Assembly: GCA_964016885.1 (NCBI GenBank)
Contig: OZ024743.1
Location: 98,890,001-98,954,000, forward strand
Length of the DNA: 64,000 nt
DNA from: Eledone cirrhosa
Lineage: Eukaryota
Direction: 5' to 3'
The translations under genes were made by a program, and so were the position numbers. Shown in pieces: positions 58,840-64,000 of this stretch. Position 1 is the first letter of the stretch, and the number at the start of each line of letters is the position of its first letter. The notes beneath the pieces are model-generated. The model saw nothing but the letters and a program-made list of their open reading frames with translations. It made no database searches and was not told the DNA's origin.

Positions 58840-61800
58840 CTTCTGCCCTACTATCTCTCCTGTTTACAGCTTACATCAACTCCCTTCTGCTCTACAATCT
58901 CTCCTGTTTGAAACATACATCAACTACCTTCTGCTCTACAATCTCTCCTGTTTACAACATACAACAACTATCTTCTGCTCTACAATCTCCCCTCTTTACA
59001 GCATACATCAACTACCTTCTGCTCTACAACCTCTCCTGTTTACAGCATATATCAACTACCTTCTGCTCTACAATCTCTCCTGTTTACAGCATACATCAAC
59101 TACCTTCTGCTCTACAATCTCTCCTGTTTACAGCATACATCAACCCCCTTCTGGTCTACAACCTCTCCTGTTTACAGCATACATCAACTCCCTTCTGCTC
59201 TACAATCTCTCCTCTTTACAGCATACATCAACTACCTTCTGCTCTACAATCTTTCCTATTCACAGCATACATCAACTACCTTCTGCTCCACAATCTCTCC
59301 TGTTTACATCATACATCAACTACCTTCTGCTCTACAATCTCTCCTGTTTACAGCATACACCAACTATCTTCTGCTCTACAATCTCTCCTGTTTACAGCAT
59401 ACACCAACTATCTTCTGCTCTACAATCTCTCCTGTTTACAACATACATCAACTACCTTCTGCTCTACAATCTCTCCTGTTTACAGCATACACCAACTATC
59501 TTCTGCTCTACAATCTCTCCTGTTTACAGCATACATCAACTACCTTCTGCTCTACAATCTCTCCTGTTTACAGCATACACCAACTATCTTCTGCTCTACA
59601 ATCTCTCCTGTTTACAGCATACATCAACTACCTTCTGCTCTACAATCTCTCCTGTTTACAGCATACATCAACTACCTTCTGCTCTACAATCTCTCCTGTT
59701 TACAGCATACAGCAACTATCTTCTGCTCTACAATCTCCCCTGTTTACAGCATACATCAACTTCCTTCTGCTCTACAATCTCTCCGGTTTACAACATACAC
59801 CAACTATCTCCTGCTCTACAACCACTCCTGTTTACAACATACATCAACTACCTTCTGCTCTACAATCTTTCCTGTTTACAGCATACATCATCTACCTGCT
59901 GCTCTACAATCCCCCCTCTTTGCAGCATACATCAACTACCTTCTGCTCTACAACCTCTCCTGTTTACAGTATACATCAACTACCTTCTGCTCTACAATCT
60001 CCCCTGTTTACAGCATATATCAACTACCTTCTGCTCTACAATCTCTCCTGTTTACAGCATACATCAACTAACTTCTGGTCTACAATCTCTCCTGTTTACA
60101 GCATACATCAACTACCTTCTGCTCTACAATCTCTCCTGTTTACAGCATACATCAACTAACTACTGGTCTACAATCTCTCCTGTTTACAGCATACATCATC
60201 TACCTGCTGCTCTACAATCCCCCCTCTTTACAGCATACATCAACTACCTTCTGCTCTACAATCTTTCCTGTTTACAGCATACATCAACTACCTTCTGCTC
60301 TACAATCTCTCCGGTTTACAACATACACCAACTATCTCCTGTTTACAACATACATCAACTACCTTCTGCTCTACAATCTTTCCTGTTTACAGCATACATC
60401 AACTACCTTCTGCTCTACAATCCCCCCTCTTTACAGCATACATCAACTACCTTCTGCTCTACAATCTCTCCTGTTTACAGCATACACCAACTATCTTCTG
60501 CTCTACAATCTCTCCTGTTTACAGCATACATCAACTACCTTCTGCTCTACAATCTCTCCTGTTTACAGCATACATCAACTACCTTCTGCTCTACAATCTC
60601 TCCTGTTTACAGCATACACCAACTATCTTCTGCTCTACAATCTCTCCTGTTTACAGCATACATCAACTACCTTCTGCTCTACAATCTCTCCTGTTTACAG
60701 CATACAGCAACTATCTTCTGCTCTACAATCTCTCCTGTTTACAGCATACATCAACTACCTTCTGCTCTACAATCTCTCCTGTTTACAGCATACATCAACT
60801 ACCTTCTGCTCTACAACCTCTCCTGTTTACAGCATACACCAACTATCTTCTGCTCTACAATCTCCCCTGTTTACAGCATACATCAACTTCCTTCTGCTCT
60901 ACAATCTCTCCGGTTTACAACATACACCAACTATCTCCTGCTCTACAACCACTCCTGTTTACAACATACATCAACTACCTTCTGCTCTACAATCTCTCCG
61001 GTTTACAACATACACCAACTATCTCCTGCTCTACAATCTTTCCTGTTTACAGCATACATCAACTACCTTCTGCTCTACAATCTCTCCTGTTTACAGTATA
61101 CATCAACTACCTTCTGCTCTACAATCTCCCCTGTTTACAGCATACATCAACTACCTTCTGCTCTACAATCTCTCCTGTTTACAGCATACATCAACTAACT
61201 TCTGGTCTACAATCTCTCCTGTTTACAGCATACATCAACTACCTTCTGCTCTACAATCTCTCCTGTTTACAGCATACATCAACTAACTTCTGGTCTACAA
61301 TCTCTCCTGTTTACAGCATACATCATCTACCTGCTGCTCTACAATCCCCCCTCTTTACAGCATACATCAACTACCTTCTGCTCTACAATCTCTCCTGTTT
61401 ACAGCATACACCAACTATCTTCTGCTCTACAATCTCCCCTGTTTACAGCATACATCAACTTCCTTCTGCTCTACAATCTCTCCGGTTTACAACATACACC
61501 AACTATCTTCTGCTCTACAACCTCTCCTGTTTACAACATACATCAACTACCTTCTGCTCTACAATCTTTCCTGTTTACAGCATACATCAACTACCTTCCG
61601 CTCTACAATCTCTCCGGTGTACAACATACACCAACTATCTCCTGTTTACAACATACATCAACTACCTTCTGCTCTACAATCTTTCCTGTTTACAGCATAC
61701 ATCAACTACCTGCTGCTCTACAATCCCCCCTCTTTACAGCATACATCAACTACCTTCTGCTCTACAATCTCTGCTGTTTACAGCATACATCAGCTACCTT

Positions 61801-64000
61801 CTGCTCTACAATCTCCCCTGTTTACAGCATACATCAACTACCTTCTGCTCTACAATCTCTCCTGTTTACAGCATACATCAACTACCTTCTGCTCTACAAT
61901 CTCTCCTCTTTACAGCATACATCAACTACCTACTGCTCTACAATCTCTCCTGTTTACAGCATACATCAACTATCTTCTGCTGTACAATCTCTCCTCTTTA
62001 CAGCATATATCAACTACCTACTGCTCTACAATCTCTCCTGTTTACAGCATACATCAACTATCTTCTGCTCTACAATCTCTCCTGTTTACAGCATACATCA
62101 ACTACTTTCTGCTCTACGATCTCTCCTCTTTACAGCATACATCAACTACCTTCTGCTCTACAATCTCTCCTGTTTACAGCATACATCAACTATCTTCTGC
62201 TCTACAATCTCTCCTCTTTACAGCATACATCAACTACCTACTGCTCTACAATCTCTCCTGTTTACAGCATACATCAACTATCTTCTGCTCTACAATCTCT
62301 CCTGTTTACAGCTTACATCAACTACCTTCTGCTCTACAATCCTGCCTCTTTACAGCATACATCAACTACCTTCTGCTCTACAATCTCTCCTCTTTACAGC
62401 ATACATCAACTACCTACTGCTCTACAATCTCTCCTGTTTACAGCATACATCAACTATCTTCTGCTCTACAATCTCTCCTCTTTACAGCATACATCAACTA
62501 CCTACTGCTCTACAATCTTTCCTGTTTACAGCATACATCAACTATCATCTGCTCTACAATCTCTCCTGTTTACAGCATACATCAACTACCTACTGCTCTA
62601 CAATCTCTCCTGTTTACAGCATACATCAACTATCTTCTGCTCTACAATCTCTCCTGTTTACAGCATACATCAACTACCTTCTGCTCTACAATCTCTCCTG
62701 TTTACAGCATACACCAACTATCTTCTGCTCTACAATCTCTCCTGTTTACAGCATACATCAACTACCTTCTGCTCTACAATCTCTCCTGTTTACAGCATAC
62801 ATCAACTACCTTCTGCTCTACAATCACTCCTGTTTACAGCATACACCAACTATCTTCTGCTCTACAATCTCTCCTGTTTACAGCATACATAAACTACCTT
62901 CTGCTCTACAATCTCTCCTGTTTACATCATACATCAACTACCTTCTGCTCTACAATCTCTCCTGTTTACAGCATACACCAACTATCTTCTGCTCTACAAT
63001 CTTTCCTGTTTACAGCATACATCATCTACCTGCTGCTCTACAATCCCCCCTCTTTGCAGCATACATCAACTACCTTCTGCTCTACAATCTCTCCTGTTTA
63101 CAGCATACATCAACTACCTTCTGCTCTACAATCTCTCCTGTTTACAGCATACATCAACTACCTTCTGCTCTACAATCTCTCCTGTTTACAGCATACATCA
63201 ACCCCCTTCTGCTCTACAACCTCTCCTGTTTACAGCATACATCAACTCCCTTCTGCTCTACAATCTCTCCTCTTTACAGCATACATCAACTACCTTCTGC
63301 TCTACAATCTTTCCTATTCACAGCATACATCAACTACCTTCTGCTCTACAATCTCTCCTGTTTACATCATACATCAACTACCTTCTGCTCTACAATCTCT
63401 CCTGTTTACAGCATACACCAACTATCTTCTTCTCTACAATCTTTCCTGTTTACAGCATACATCATCTACCTGCTGCTCTACAATCCCCCCTCTTTGCAGC
63501 ATACATCAACTACCTTCTGCTCTACAATCTCTCCTGTTTACAGTATACATCAACTACCTTCTGCTCTACAATCTCCCCTGTTTACAGCATACATCAACTA
63601 CCTTCTGCTCTACAATCTCTCCTGTTTACAGCATACATCAACTAACTTCTGGTCTACAATCTCTCCTGTTTACAGCATACATCAACTACCTTCTGCTCTA
63701 CAATCTCTACTGTTTACAGCATACATCAACTAACTTCTGGTCTACAATCTCTCCTGTTTACAGCATACATCATCTACCTGCTGCTCTACAATCCCCCCTC
63801 TTTACAGCATACATCAACTACCTTCTGCTCTACAATCTCTCCTGTTTACAGCATACACCAACTATCTTCTGCTCTACAATCTCCCCTGTTTACAGCATAC
63901 ATCAACTTCCTTCTGCTCTACAATCTCTCCGGTTTACAGCATACATCAACTACCTTCTGCTCTACAATCTCTCCTGTTTACAGCATACATCAACTACCTT
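58840..64000. repeat. Distal satellite sub-domain with its own set of variants
   Basis: Variants not noticed upstream: AACTTCTGGTC, CTTTGCAGC, CCTATTCAC, CAACCCCC, ACAGCAAC, ACCACTCC, GTTTGAAAC. Internal copy at offset 3574 (=80x44+2x27; 59920/63494). Confidence 0.75.

Larger units (their letters stand above)
1..64000. repeat. Tandem satellite array, 44-bp monomer, about 1462 copies, single orientation, open at both window ends
   Basis: The consensus CATACATCAACTACCTTCTGCTCTACAATCTCTCCTGTTTACAG recurs throughout with a few substitutions per copy. Register check: 63984-4 = 63980 = 1441x44 + 21x27 + 2x7 - 5x1, matching the indel variants seen. Confidence 0.99.

Noticed and set aside
6406-63733. 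All ORFs in the supplied track (77-1765 aa) as protein-coding genes
   Set aside because: They are translations of the 44-bp repeat and overlap each other in different frames with the same peptide. They start at sporadic ATG/TTG point variants and lack any unique domain, promoter or terminus. The period is not a multiple of 3.
1-64000. CRISPR array
   Set aside because: Repeats abut directly with no unique spacers, no leader and no cas genes; the variable positions are shared alleles.
1-64000. Rolling-circle or reverse-transcriptase concatemer (DRT2/neo-like never-ending ORF, telomerase-like product) or amplification artefact
   Set aside because: Copying one short template would give identical units with independent errors. 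Here variants are inherited in ordered kilobase blocks with nested duplications, and no RT gene is in the window.
1-64000. tRNA, rRNA, structured ncRNA, terminators, inverted repeats, transposon ends
   Set aside because: Only 3 G per 44 nt on the + strand allows little base pairing, the orientation never flips, and the register accounting leaves no room for non-repeat sequence.

Overview
The whole 64-kb window is one uninterrupted, head-to-tail satellite array built from a 44-bp monomer (consensus CATACATCAACTACCTTCTGCTCTACAATCTCTCCTGTTTACAG; A11 C15 G3 T15, about 41% GC, no CpG). It runs off both ends. Hand register counting from position 4 to 63983 closes exactly: 1441 full-type monomers (five of 43 bp, two of 51 bp) plus 21 copies of a 27-bp deletion monomer. 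That leaves no sign of inserted foreign DNA. No genes, RNA genes, mobile elements or CRISPR spacers are supportable. All listed ORFs are by-products of a + strand monomer with no stop codon in any register. The real structure lies in the order of monomer variants: a recurring ~1-kb variant cassette, nested tandem duplications (792, 1100, 2200, 3415/3503 and 10,146 bp), a patchwork of block copies at 42-58 kb, and a more diverged domain after ~58.8 kb. Two monomer-level curiosities are flagged as speculative: a branch point/polypyrimidine/CAG acceptor-like layout on the + strand, and a chain of 14-codon mini-ORFs joined by TGATG overlaps on the - strand. The organism cannot be identified from this sequence; the architecture resembles eukaryotic heterochromatic satellite. 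I cannot support a claim of a new gene-encoded system. All alignments were done by eye, so block boundaries are approximate.
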